Counted from the stretch's first letter, positions 27,545-38,596 are shown. The stretch: DNA of 50,710 nucleotides from Pseudomonadales bacterium (GCA_035433265.1 DAORUQ010000002.1:1-50710); one strand, 5' to 3'. Notes: generated by a model not told the origin, from the sequence alone. Made by a program: numbers and translations.

Positions 27545-27573
27545 TTGACATGTTTGTCCGGACACATTCTAAT
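27545..27573 (+). promoter_or_regulatory. Sigma70-type promoter of the GntR gene (-35 TTGACA, 17-nt spacer, -10 TCTAAT)
   Basis: TTGACA at 27545-27550 and TCTAAT at 27568-27573, read directly from the sequence. The spacer contains the palindrome at 27555..27564. Confidence 0.5.
27555..27564. promoter_or_regulatory. Candidate GntR/HutC operator TGTCCGGACA
   Basis: Perfect 10-bp palindrome inside the promoter spacer. Has the GT...AC character typical of GntR-family sites. Implies autoregulation. Confidence 0.45.
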
Positions 27574-27660
27574 CCGAGATATGTCGGGCAAGGCATCACG
27601 ATCATCGGGCCCTGCATGAAGACAGCGTCACGTGTGCCGCACGACGGCCGAGGGGGGATC

Positions 27661-28470
27661 ATGAGATCAAGGGCGGAATCCGGCGCGGGCCGCGCAGACC
27701 CTCCCGGAGCAGCGCACGGCGCGACCGGCCAGGCCCGCGTCGATTCCGGGGCTCCCCTGTACCTGCGCATCGCGCGCGCGCTCAAGGAAGATATCGTGAG
27801 CGGGGCGTACATGGTCGGATCGCTGCTCCCGACCGAAGAGGCGCTGTGCGAACGTTTTTCGGTGAGCCGTTACACCGTGCGCGAAGCACTGAGACTATTG
27901 CGTGATGACGGTCTCGTGTCGTCGCGAAAGGGAGCCGGCACCGTAGTCATCCCGCCGCGCTCCTCGGGCTCCGACATCCATCAGGTCATGTCGATCAACG
28001 ACCTGCTGGCGTTCGGGTCCGACACGCGCTTTGCGATCGAATCGATCAGGACGGTGACGATCGACGCAAGGCTCGCCTCGCGCAGCGGCTTGCCGGTCGG
28101 CGAGGAGTGGCTGGAAGTCTGTGGCTACCGGCATGCGGAAGGCGTCGATGCGCCGGTTTGCAGGGCGGAGTATTACATCAACCGTGCCTATGCCGCGGTG
28201 GGCAGGCTGCTGCAGCGCCACAGCGGCCCGATTTTTCCCCTGATCGAGGACATGTTCGGCCAGAGCATCGTCGAGGTCCAGCAGCAGATTTCCGCCACGC
28301 TGGTTTCCCCGGCGCTGGCGGCTGCCCTCAGGGTCAAGGAGGGATCGGCGGCGCTCGAGGTACGTCGCAGCTACAAGACGGACGACGGCAAGATTGCCCA
28401 GGTGACCATCAATACCCACCCGGCTTCCCGCTTCCAGCACGCGATGACGATGCGCCGCGCCAGGGCATAG
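27661..28470 (+). CDS. GntR-family (HutC/FarR subfamily, UTRA domain) transcriptional regulator
   Basis: Internal ATG at 27661 (GAGGGGGG RBS) of track ORF 27427..28470. wHTH motif PLYLRIARALKEDIVSGAYMVGSLLPTEEALCERFSVSRYTVREALRLLRDDGLV, followed by an effector domain of about 150 aa. Confidence 0.85.
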   Translation: MRSRAESGAGRADPPGAAHGATGQARVDSGAPLYLRIARALKEDIVSGAYMVGSLLPTEEALCERFSVSRYTVREALRLLRDDGLVSSRKGAGTVVIPPRSSGSDIHQVMSINDLLAFGSDTRFAIESIRTVTIDARLASRSGLPVGEEWLEVCGYRHAEGVDAPVCRAEYYINRAYAAVGRLLQRHSGPIFPLIEDMFGQSIVEVQQQISATLVSPALAAALRVKEGSAALEVRRSYKTDDGKIAQVTINTHPASRFQHAMTMRRARA

Positions 28471-28483
28471 GGCGGGAGCGGAC

Positions 28484-29149
28484 CTAAGACCCCGCTGGCG
28501 AGCGCTGTGCCGCCGCCTCGCGCCGGTGCCTGATCACGCCGATCACCGCGGGCATCAGGGAGAGCACCACGATCGCGACCACGACCACGCTGAAATTCTC
28601 CTTCACCACCGGCACATTGCCGAACAGGTAGCCCGCGAACACGCAGATCCCCACCCAGAGCACGGCGCCGACCACGTTGTAGGCAGCGAACTTGCCGTAG
28701 CTCATCGCGCCGATGCCCGCCACGAAGGGGGCGAAAGTGCGGATGATCGGGATGAAGCGCGCGATGATGATGGTCTTGCCGCCGTACTTCTCGTAGAAGG
28801 CGTGGGTCTTCTGCAGGTGCTCGGGGTTGAAGAAGCGCGACTTGGGATAGTGGAAGACCTTCGGCCCGACGTAGCGGCCGATCGAATAGTTGACCGCGTC
28901 GCCGAGGATCGCCGCGACCGTGAGGAGCCAGAACAACACCCAGACGTCCAGGCTGCCGAGCGCCGCGAAGGCGCCGGCCGCGAACAGCAGCGAATCGCCC
29001 GGGAGTATCGGCGTCACCACCAGCCCGGTCTCGCAGAACACGATGGCGAACAGCAACGTGTAGGTGTGCACGCCGTACTGCGCGATGATCTCGGCGAGGT
29101 GGCGGTCGAGATGCAGGAAGAAGTCGATGAACCAGTGAACGAATTCCAT
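28484..29149 (-). CDS. DedA-family inner-membrane protein
   Basis: Internal ATG at 29149 (GGAG RBS) of track ORF 28484..29323. [19 protein letters not shown] and [15 protein letters not shown] are DedA/SNARE-associated signatures. Confidence 0.9.
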   Translation of the reverse strand: MEFVHWFIDFFLHLDRHLAEIIAQYGVHTYTLLFAIVFCETGLVVTPILPGDSLLFAAGAFAALGSLDVWVLFWLLTVAAILGDAVNYSIGRYVGPKVFHYPKSRFFNPEHLQKTHAFYEKYGGKTIIIARFIPIIRTFAPFVAGIGAMSYGKFAAYNVVGAVLWVGICVFAGYLFGNVPVVKENFSVVVVAIVVLSLMPAVIGVIRHRREAAAQRSPAGS

Positions 29150-29351
29150 GAAGGCTCCGGGCGGGGCCACGCCGTGATGGCGCGGCAACGGGACCAATTC
29201 TAGCCTGAAACGACACGGCGCCACGGTGGGCGCGTCCCGAGGCGCGCACCGCCACGCTGGCACTGGCGGAGGAATGGACGTTGCGCGCCACCTGCCGGTT
29301 AAACATGGGTGCACTGGCCGCACTGATGCCGTGGGTCAGCATTCCCGTGGA

Positions 29352-29404
29352 TCCGCATTCATGCGGACATCCCGACCTCTGCATTCATGCGGACAAATGT
29401 CCGC
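29352..29404. repeat. REP-like extragenic palindromes (TCCGCATTCATGCGGA; GCATTCATGCGGACA x2; GCGGACA-AA-TGTCCGC)
   Basis: Read directly. TCCGCAT-TC-ATGCGGA at 29352-29367. Second GCATTCATGCGGACA at 29381-29395. GCGGACAAATGTCCGC at 29389-29404. Intergenic, just downstream of the permease stop (29427). Confidence 0.5.
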
Positions 29405-29426
29405 TTGAAACCGGACCTACGCCCGC

Positions 29427-31034
29427 TCAGACATCCAGGCGCTTCGGCAGGTCGGGCACGGGTTCCGCGCCGGTCACGATCTCGCCCTTGCCGAGCTTCG
29501 AGTGGCGCATGCCGTAGACGAAATACAGCAGGATGCCGCCGCCGAGGTAGACGAGGAAGAAGTCACGCGTCTCGGCGTGCGCCATCAACGACATCAGCAG
29601 CAGGCCGCACATCAGCGCGCCGATCACCGGCACCAGCGGGAACAGCGGCGCGCGGAACGGACGGTCCAGCGCCGGCTGCGTCACGCGCAGGTACAGCACG
29701 GTCAGGCACACCAGGCCGAAGGCCGCGAGCGATCCCACGTTGGTCAGGTTGGCCAGCGCGTCCAGCGACATGAACCCGGCGAAGCCGGCGGTGACGACGC
29801 CGACGATCAGCGTATCGATCCACGGCGTGCGGTACCTCGGGTGCACGCGCGCGAAGGCCGCGGGCAACAGGCCGTCGCGCGCCATCGTGTAGAAGATCCG
29901 CGTCTGGCCATAGAGCAGCACCAGCATCACCGACGAGATGCCGGCGATGGCGCCGATCTTCACCAGCACCGCGAACCACGGCATCCCCATCGCGTTGACC
30001 GCCACCGCGATCGGCGCCGGCGTGTCGAGCTCCGCATAGGGCACGATGCCCACCAGCACCGCCGAGGTGAGGATGTAGAGCGCGGTGCAGACGAGCAACG
30101 AGCCGATGATCCCGATCGGCATGTCGCGCGCGGGATCGCGCGCCTCGGCACCGGCCGTCGACACGGCCTCGAAACCCAGATACGCGAAGAAGATCGTGGC
30201 CGCCGCGGTGATGATGCCGCCGATGCCGTAGCGCGAGGTGTTCTCCGCCGTGATCACGTCGAGGAGCGCGCGCCTGATGTCGGCCCAGAGGCCGCGCTCG
30301 GCCCCCTCGGGCGGCGGCGGCACCTGCTCGGGAATCATCGGGTGCCAGTTGGCGGGATCGACGAAGAAGGCCCCCACGCAGATGAAGGCGATCACGACGG
30401 CGAGCTTGATCACCACGATGATATTGTTGGCCGTGGCGGATTCCTGGATACCGACGACCAGCAGCGCCGTGACCGCGCCGATCGCGAGTATCGCCGGCAC
30501 GTTCGCGACGCCGTGGGCCACGATCTCGCCGCCCTGGCGCACCGCCACACCCGGCGCCGCGGTCAGCTCGGGCGGGATAATGATGCCGATGTCGTGCAGC
30601 AGGCTCACCGCGTAACTGGACCAGCCCACGGCAACCGTGGCGGCCGCGAGCCCGTATTCCAGCACCAGCAGCAGCCCCATGAACCACGCCACCAGTTCGC
30701 CCATCGAGGCATAGGAATAGGAGTAGGCCGAACCGGAGACCGGCAGCATCGCGGCGAGCTCGGCGTAGCACAGCGCGACGAAGGCGCAGAGCACGCCGGT
30801 GATCACGAAGGAGATCATGATGCCCGGACCGGCGAATTGGGCCGCGGCGCGCCCCGTGAGCACGAAGATCCCGGTGCCGATGATACAGCCGATGCCCAGC
30901 GATACCAGGTTGAGCGCACCCAGGCTCTTCTTCAGTTCGCCCTGCGCGTGCTCGGCATGCATCTGCGCCACGGACTTGCGCATGAACAGCCGGCGCAGCC
31001 CGGTGGCGGCGGCGGGGGCTCGCGTATCGGCCAT
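29427..31034 (-). CDS. APC-superfamily amino-acid permease (cationic amino-acid transporter-like)
   Basis: Internal ATG at 31034 (GGAGAA RBS) of track ORF 29427..31190. SLGALNLVSLGIGCIIGTGIFVLTG is the APC signature. About 12-14 hydrophobic segments. Confidence 0.9.
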   Translation of the reverse strand: MADTRAPAAATGLRRLFMRKSVAQMHAEHAQGELKKSLGALNLVSLGIGCIIGTGIFVLTGRAAAQFAGPGIMISFVITGVLCAFVALCYAELAAMLPVSGSAYSYSYASMGELVAWFMGLLLVLEYGLAAATVAVGWSSYAVSLLHDIGIIIPPELTAAPGVAVRQGGEIVAHGVANVPAILAIGAVTALLVVGIQESATANNIIVVIKLAVVIAFICVGAFFVDPANWHPMIPEQVPPPPEGAERGLWADIRRALLDVITAENTSRYGIGGIITAAATIFFAYLGFEAVSTAGAEARDPARDMPIGIIGSLLVCTALYILTSAVLVGIVPYAELDTPAPIAVAVNAMGMPWFAVLVKIGAIAGISSVMLVLLYGQTRIFYTMARDGLLPAAFARVHPRYRTPWIDTLIVGVVTAGFAGFMSLDALANLTNVGSLAAFGLVCLTVLYLRVTQPALDRPFRAPLFPLVPVIGALMCGLLLMSLMAHAETRDFFLVYLGGGILLYFVYGMRHSKLGKGEIVTGAEPVPDLPKRLDV

Positions 31035-31103
31035 GAGGGGATTCTCCGGGGATGGTGGCGAAAGTATAGTCGCGCCACCCGCGGCTGCGGACCCTCCCCG
31101 CAG

Positions 31104-31206
31104 GTCGCCATTCATGGCGACAAATGCATTCGGCAACGCACATTTCGCCATGAATGGCGACCTACGGTGGACCTGCGCAGGTGTCGTCATGAATGGCGAC
31201 CCACGG
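31104..31206. repeat. REP-like extragenic palindromes (three copies of GTCGCCAT-NN-ATGGCGAC)
   Basis: GTCGCCATTCATGGCGAC at 31104-31121. TCGCCATGAATGGCGA at 31145-31160. GTCGTCATGAATGGCGAC at 31183-31200. The 19-mer CATGAATGGCGACC(T/C)ACGG occurs twice. The core CATTCATG(G/C)(C/G)GACAAATG is shared with 29352..29404. Confidence 0.5.
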
Positions 31207-31225
31207 GGCGACCCACAAGGTGAAG

Positions 31226-33004
31226 CTAGGCAGGGCCTTGCAGGTTCCTGACGCGCTGACCGATCGGCGGCGCGATTTCGGCATCGACCAGCACGTCCAG
31301 CAGCACCGGGCCATGGCGCCGGAACAGCTTCTCGACGCCGAGCGTATCCAGCTCGTCGAGGCTGCGGATGCGGTAGGACTCGACGCCCATCGCCCGCGCC
31401 ATCAGCGCGAAATCGGTCGGCGGGAGTTCATTGGCGGTGTTCTGCAGCCCGCGCATGCGCTGCCCGTGCTTCACCGTGCCGAGCACGCCGTTGTTCAGCA
31501 CGAGGTACACCACGTTCAGCCCCAGTTGTTGCGCGACGGAGATCTCCTGGGCGTTCATCAGGTAGCTGCCGTCGCCGGTGATGCAGAGCACCGGATCGCG
31601 CGGATCGGCGAGCTTGCCCCCGACCGCCGCGCCGATGGCCCAGCCCATCGCGGCGAATCCCATCGACACCGGCATCCGGTTGGCCGTGACCACGCGCTCG
31701 CCGCGCGGATGCCAGTAGTGAAGCGCCCAGAAGAAGGCATTGCCGGCATCGGCATAGAGCCGCGTGCGCGGGGGCACCTTCTGGCTGAGCATCCAGAACA
31801 GGCGCCGCGGGTTGAGCGGCACGGTGTCGGTGCCGCAGTCCTCGACGTGCAGCAGGCTGATGTGCCGTGGCAAGCCGTGCGCGTTGCGCAGCGCCGGCAG
31901 CGCCGCGTTGTCGGCCTGCGCCTCGAGATCCGGGAGCCCGGCACTCGCCTGGTTCAGGTAGGCGAAAACGATGCGCGGGCTGCCCATCAGGTTCAGCTGC
32001 GCCATGTACGAGCGTGCCAGGTGATCGGGGTTGCTGCTGATATGCAGCAGTCGCCGCGACAGGATGGTGCTGCCGTCCCAGCCGCAGGTTGCGTTCTCGT
32101 CGAGATTTGCCCCCACCACCAGCACGATGTCGGCTTCGTCCGCGGTGAGCGTGCGCCGCGCCGACTCGTGCCCGGCGGTGCCGAACACGCCGCGGTAGAG
32201 CGGGTGGTCCGCGGACATCAAGCCACGTCCGGCCGGCGTGGTGACTATCGGCCAGTCACGGTGCTCGGCATAGCGCAGGATCTCGGCCATCGCGCCGGCG
32301 CAACCTTCACCGATCACGAACACGCCGCGCCGGTAGGCGCGCAGCAGGATGTTCAGCCGGTTCAGCAGCAGGCGGTCTGGCGTGATCTCCTGGCCGAAAA
32401 AGGCATAGCGCGACATCGGGTTGCGACCCGAGGCGATCGGCGCGCTGAAGATGTCCTGCGGGATGCTGAGGTGCACCGGCCCCGGCGTCGGGCCCGTGGC
32501 GTGGCTGAGCGCCGCCAGCAGGTTGTGCTCGAGCTGTTCCGGGTGCGAGACCAGCGCGTTGTAGCGCGTGCAGCCACGGAACATCAGGATGATGTCGGCG
32601 CCCGATCCGCCGCCCTCCTGCATCGCGCCGCGACCGAAGGTGCTTATCGCGCTCTGCCCGGTGATCACCAGCAGCGGCACGCCCTCGACGTAGGCGCTGC
32701 TGACCGCCGTCAGCAGGTTGGTGCAGCCCGGCCCGGAAGTCGCGCTGCACACGCCGACCAGGCCGCTCGCGCGGGCGAAGCCGTCGGCCATGAAGCCGGC
32801 GCCAGCCTCCGAGCGCGTGAGCACCCACCGCACCCCGCTCGCCTGCTGGTGCCGCGCCAGCGCGTTCAGCAGCGGATCGATATTGCCGCCCGGCACGCCG
32901 AACACGTACGGCACGTTGAGCAGCGCGAGGTACTGGACGATGAGATCGGCGCAGCTGCTCGCAGCGATGCTGCGCTCGTCGGCGTCGGTCGTGCTGGATG
33001 TCAT
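31226..33004 (-). CDS. Thiamine-diphosphate-dependent enzyme (acetolactate synthase large-subunit-like)
   Basis: Internal ATG at 33004 of track ORF 31226..33124. N-terminal Pyr domain (VFGVPGGNIDPLLNAL, SEAGAGFMADGFAR). C-terminal ThDP/Mg motif GDGSYLMNAQEISVAQQLGLNVVYLVLNNG. Confidence 0.88.
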   Translation of the reverse strand: MTSSTTDADERSIAASSCADLIVQYLALLNVPYVFGVPGGNIDPLLNALARHQQASGVRWVLTRSEAGAGFMADGFARASGLVGVCSATSGPGCTNLLTAVSSAYVEGVPLLVITGQSAISTFGRGAMQEGGGSGADIILMFRGCTRYNALVSHPEQLEHNLLAALSHATGPTPGPVHLSIPQDIFSAPIASGRNPMSRYAFFGQEITPDRLLLNRLNILLRAYRRGVFVIGEGCAGAMAEILRYAEHRDWPIVTTPAGRGLMSADHPLYRGVFGTAGHESARRTLTADEADIVLVVGANLDENATCGWDGSTILSRRLLHISSNPDHLARSYMAQLNLMGSPRIVFAYLNQASAGLPDLEAQADNAALPALRNAHGLPRHISLLHVEDCGTDTVPLNPRRLFWMLSQKVPPRTRLYADAGNAFFWALHYWHPRGERVVTANRMPVSMGFAAMGWAIGAAVGGKLADPRDPVLCITGDGSYLMNAQEISVAQQLGLNVVYLVLNNGVLGTVKHGQRMRGLQNTANELPPTDFALMARAMGVESYRIRSLDELDTLGVEKLFRRHGPVLLDVLVDAEIAPPIGQRVRNLQGPA

Positions 33005-33251
33005 CTGGCCCCGTCGTGCCTGCAGTTCTTCGATCGCCGGTGCCGCCGCCCCGCGTGCCGCAACCCCTGGTCGAGCGCATCGTAGCGTGGCATTGCAGCT
33101 GCTACACGCCCGCCCTGGCGCCACGGGGCGACAATCGCGCCAAACTGTTAACGGCTTGGCACTTGCGCCGGCATCCCCCCGTGGACTGCCATTCCGTCGC
33201 CGCAGCCGATATATTTGCGCCCGCGCGAATCACCACAGGCACCAGGCTCCC

Positions 33252-33899
33252 ATGACTTCCACCCGCAACAGCAGCACCGCGAAACACTGGACCACTTTCC
33301 GGGGCGCGCGCGCCCTCAAGTCCTCGCACCCCGAGGTACGGCAGCTGAAACGCCAGAGCGAGGACCCGAGCCTGCACGGCAACAAGGTCTGGCACTCGAG
33401 CTTCGCACTTATCGACTACCTGCATCGTCATCCGCTGCCACGCGGCGCACGCGTCATCGATGTCGGCTGCGGTTGGGGACTCACCGGCATCTGGCTCGCC
33501 AGGACCTTCGGCGCGCGCGTGCTCGCGGTCGATGCAGACCCTGCGGTCGAGCCCTACCTGCAGCTGCAGTCACGCATCAACGGCGTGCAGGTCGAGTTCA
33601 TGGCCGGACGCTTCGAACAGCTCAATGCCCGGCTGCTGGATGGCGCGGACCTGCTGATCGGCACCGACATCTGTTTCTGGGACGAGATGGTCGACCCGCT
33701 GTACAAGTTGCTGCGCCGCGCGGGCAACGCCGGCGTGACGCAGGCGATCGTCGGCGATCCGGGCCGCCCGCCGTTCTGGAGCCTCGCGCAGCGCGTGGAA
33801 CAGAAACTCGGGGGCCAGGTGCTCGCGCACGCCAGCGGCCGGCGCGGCAGTGCACCGAAGCAGCTGCTGATCACCGATTTCGCGAAGTTGCGTCGCTGA
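33252..33899 (+). CDS. Class I SAM-dependent methyltransferase (Methyltransf_16 / lysine-MTase-like by motif)
   Basis: Internal ATG of track ORF 32718..33899. [15 protein letters not shown] followed by SAM motif [19 protein letters not shown] and VLAVDADP. Its stop lies 7 nt before the archease start. Confidence 0.8.
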   Translation: MTSTRNSSTAKHWTTFRGARALKSSHPEVRQLKRQSEDPSLHGNKVWHSSFALIDYLHRHPLPRGARVIDVGCGWGLTGIWLARTFGARVLAVDADPAVEPYLQLQSRINGVQVEFMAGRFEQLNARLLDGADLLIGTDICFWDEMVDPLYKLLRRAGNAGVTQAIVGDPGRPPFWSLAQRVEQKLGGQVLAHASGRRGSAPKQLLITDFAKLRR

Positions 33900-33906
33900 A
33901 CCGGCC

Positions 33907-34341
33907 GTGAGCGCGCACGCAGCGGGCCTGCCGCGCTGGGAGCATTACCCGCACGAGGCCGACATCGGCGTGCGCGGCATCGGCGCGACGCGCGAGGAAG
34001 CGTTCGAGCAGGCCGCGCTCGCGCTGACCGCCGTGGTCACGGACCCGGCCGGCGTGAGCCCGGGCGAAGCGCTCGCGATCGGCTGCGAGGCGCCCGACGA
34101 CGAGCTGCTGCTGCTCGACTGGCTCGACGCACTGGTTTTCGCTATGGCCACGCGCGGCGTGGTGTTCGCGCGCTTTCGCGTGACGATCACCGGGCACCGG
34201 CTCACGGCCACCGCCTGGGGTGAACGGGTGGACCGCACGCGCCACCAGCCGGCGGTCGAGATCAAGGGCGCGACCTGCACCACGCTGCGCGTGGCACTGG
34301 AGGACGGCCGGTGGATCGCACAGACCGTGGTCGACGTATGA
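33907..34341 (+). CDS. Archease (RtcB activator/chaperone family)
   Basis: 144 aa, GTG start. [30 protein letters not shown] and the C-terminal [12 protein letters not shown]... match the archease fold family. Confidence 0.88.
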   Translation: MSAHAAGLPRWEHYPHEADIGVRGIGATREEAFEQAALALTAVVTDPAGVSPGEALAIGCEAPDDELLLLDWLDALVFAMATRGVVFARFRVTITGHRLTATAWGERVDRTRHQPAVEIKGATCTTLRVALEDGRWIAQTVVDV

Positions 34342-34380
34342 AAGGCCTGCCGGCGTGAACGACCCGGCGGAGATGTCCCG

Positions 34381-35811
34381 ATGGACCTGAATCTGCTGCA
34401 ACGGCGAGGCGAATTCGCCTGGGAAATCCCCCGCCACGGCGCGATGCGGGTGCCGGGCGTGCTCTACGCGAGCGAACCACTCGTGCTCGATATGGATCGC
34501 AAGGTCTACGAGCAGGTGGTGAACGTCGCGACACTGCCGGGAATCGTGCAGGCCGCCTATGCCATGCCGGACGCGCACTGGGGCTACGGCTTTCCGATCG
34601 GCGGTGTCGCGGCCTTCGATGCCGACGCCGGCGGCGTGGTGTCCGCAGGCGGTGTGGGCTTCGACATCTCCTGCGGCGTGCGCTGCCTGCACACCGGCCT
34701 CGACTTCGACACCCTCATGACACAGCAGCGCGCACTCGCCGACGTGCTCGCCTGCAAGGTGCCGGCAGGTCTCGGCAGCACGGGAGCGATCCGCCTCGGC
34801 GCCAGGGAGATGGACGACATGCTCGCCGGCGGCGCACGCTGGGCAGTGGAACAGGGCTGGGGCGAGGACGCCGACCTCGAACGCATCGAGGAGCAGGGCC
34901 AGATGCGCGACGCGCGGCCCGGCTGCGTCTCGGCACATGCGCGCGAGCGCCAGCGCGACGAGATGGGCACACTCGGCTCGGGCAACCACTACCTCGAGGT
35001 GCAGCGCGTGGCGCAACTCTTCGATGCCGAGGCCGCCGCGGTATTCGGCCTGCGCGAGAACGACGTGGTGCTCAGCATCCACTGCGGCTCGCGCGGCCTC
35101 GGCCACCAGATCGGCACCGAGTTCCTGAAGCGGATGGTCGTGGCGGCGCCTCGTCACGGCATCGCGCTGCCCGACCGCGAGCTCGCGTGCGCGCCGATCG
35201 ACTCGCCCCTTGGCCAGGAGTATCTCGGCGCAATGCGCGCGGCGATCAACTGCGCGCTGGCCAATCGCCAGATCATCACGCACCTCGCGCGCGAAGCCTT
35301 CGCGCAGGTGCTGCCCCGGGCATCGCTTCGCCTGCTCTACGACGTGTCGCACAACACCTGCAAGCTCGAGCAACACACGGTCGATGGCAGGCCGCGCCGG
35401 CTCTGGGTGCACCGCAAGGGCGCGACGCGCGCCTACGGTCCCGGGCACCCGGACATTCCACCGGCGCTGCGCTCGATCGGGCAACCGGTGCTGATCGGCG
35501 GCTCGATGGGCACCAGCTCCTACGTGCTGGCCGGCACCCGCGAGGGCGAAGCGTGCTCCTTCAGCTCCGCCTGCCACGGCGCCGGGCGCGCGATGAGCCG
35601 CCACCAGGCCACGCGGCAGTGGCAGGGCCGCGCGGTGATCGACCAGCTCGCCGCGCGCGGCATCCTGATCCGCAGCCCCTCGGCGCGCGGCGTGGCGGAA
35701 GAAGCTCCCGGTGCCTACAAGGACGTCGGCGCGGTGGTCGACGCGGCCGAGGCCGCGGGGCTGGCGCGCAAGGTCGCGCGGCTCGAACCGCTGGTGTGCA
35801 TCAAGGGCTGA
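34381..35811 (+). CDS. rtcB: RtcB 3'-phosphate/5'-hydroxyl RNA ligase
   Basis: 476 aa. MPDAHWGYGFPIGGV, GVGFDISCGV, GSGNHYLEVQ, HCGSRGLGHQ, VSHNTCKLE, the guanylylation-site region SACHGAGR, and the terminus PLVCIKG. Confidence 0.95.
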   Translation: MDLNLLQRRGEFAWEIPRHGAMRVPGVLYASEPLVLDMDRKVYEQVVNVATLPGIVQAAYAMPDAHWGYGFPIGGVAAFDADAGGVVSAGGVGFDISCGVRCLHTGLDFDTLMTQQRALADVLACKVPAGLGSTGAIRLGAREMDDMLAGGARWAVEQGWGEDADLERIEEQGQMRDARPGCVSAHARERQRDEMGTLGSGNHYLEVQRVAQLFDAEAAAVFGLRENDVVLSIHCGSRGLGHQIGTEFLKRMVVAAPRHGIALPDRELACAPIDSPLGQEYLGAMRAAINCALANRQIITHLAREAFAQVLPRASLRLLYDVSHNTCKLEQHTVDGRPRRLWVHRKGATRAYGPGHPDIPPALRSIGQPVLIGGSMGTSSYVLAGTREGEACSFSSACHGAGRAMSRHQATRQWQGRAVIDQLAARGILIRSPSARGVAEEAPGAYKDVGAVVDAAEAAGLARKVARLEPLVCIKG

Positions 35812-35927
35812 AGAGCGCCCGGAAAGCCGACATCGCGAAAATGCCCGGGCAGACCGCCGGGAAGCCCGCGCACGACATCACGCTCGCGGCGCTGGCGCTC
35901 GATCGGCCAAGCGCAGTACAGGCCCCG

Positions 35928-36113
35928 TCAGGGCTTGTCCTGTCGCTCCGGCGCGGATTGCGGTGCCGTTACCGGCCAGAAGTGGAATGTCGAAAACGTC
36001 GCCGCGGAACAGGCACCCGACTTGCGTTGCTGCCGCTGACCCTTGCCGCTGTCACTCGGAGCCTTTTCCGGTTTTCCCTGCTTACTGTTCGCGCTGCCTG
36101 CATCCATCCCCAT
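35928..36113 (-). CDS. Very tentative small ORF (59-61 aa, K/Q/S/G-rich)
   Basis: The only ORF in the 643-bp gap whose composition is not Arg/Ala/Pro-rich junk. GAAGGGG lies upstream of tandem ATGs. GC3 is about 70% by hand count, lower than in neighbouring genes. No homolog recognised. Confidence 0.2.
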   Translation of the reverse strand: MGMDAGSANSKQGKPEKAPSDSGKGQRQQRKSGACSAATFSTFHFWPVTAPQSAPERQDKP

Positions 36114-36454
36114 ACCCCTTCTTTTACTACGGTTTCATGATCGCCTGATCCGTTGCAGCAATCGTTGTGCTGGATCGACCATGGGCGGCCTTGAGTATCG
36201 AAGCTGAGCGGATTCGCGCGAGGCCGATTGCCGGGACTGTGCGCCGGATCACGCAATCGCCGGACAAATGCCGCCCCCGGAGCAGGCGGCGCGCGGCGGC
36301 GGGTGCACGCAGGGGCGGGCATGGCCCGCTAGCGTCGGGATGCCCCCGGCACCCGCCCTCGCGGGGCTTGAGCCGGCGCCCCGACTGAGGCACCGTGAGC
36401 ACGCGCCGGCGTCACAACGCACTGTCTCCTCATCACCGCGAGAATGGGCCCCGC

Positions 36455-38596
<2,142 letters not shown>

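Noticed and set aside
29502-31223. 573-aa plus-strand and 526-aa minus-strand alternative-frame ORFs over the permease
   Set aside because: Arg/Asp/His-rich or Arg/Gly/Ala-rich nonsense. The membrane-protein frame (29427..31034) is the only one with a transporter signature.
31193-33085. 630-aa plus-strand ORF
   Set aside because: It is antisense to the ThDP-enzyme gene, with no motifs.
31201-33132. 12-mer CCACGGGGCGAC present on both sides of the ThDP-enzyme gene (31201 and 33121), considered as insertion-site duplication
   Set aside because: A single shared 12-mer in 50 kb of GC-biased DNA is within chance expectation. No mobility gene or other boundary signal is present.
33157-33166. TGGCAC-TTGC string upstream of the methyltransferase-archease-RtcB operon, considered as a sigma54 (-24/-12) promoter
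   Set aside because: The TTGC follows TGGCAC immediately rather than with the 5-nt gap of the consensus (TGGCAC-N5-TTGC), so the GG-to-GC spacing is wrong. No RtcR-type activator is present. The TGGCAC at 40948 also has no TTGC at the correct spacing.
33871-35604. 577-aa minus-strand ORF
   Set aside because: It is antisense to archease and RtcB, both of which have unambiguous family signatures.
36300-36370. GC-rich imperfect long-range dyad (GGGGCGGG...CCCGCCCT) considered as a riboswitch or attenuator
   Set aside because: I recognise no known riboswitch core sequences, and there is no U-tract. Without covariation data it cannot be told apart from random GC-rich pairing. It is mentioned only inside the broader finding on this gap.
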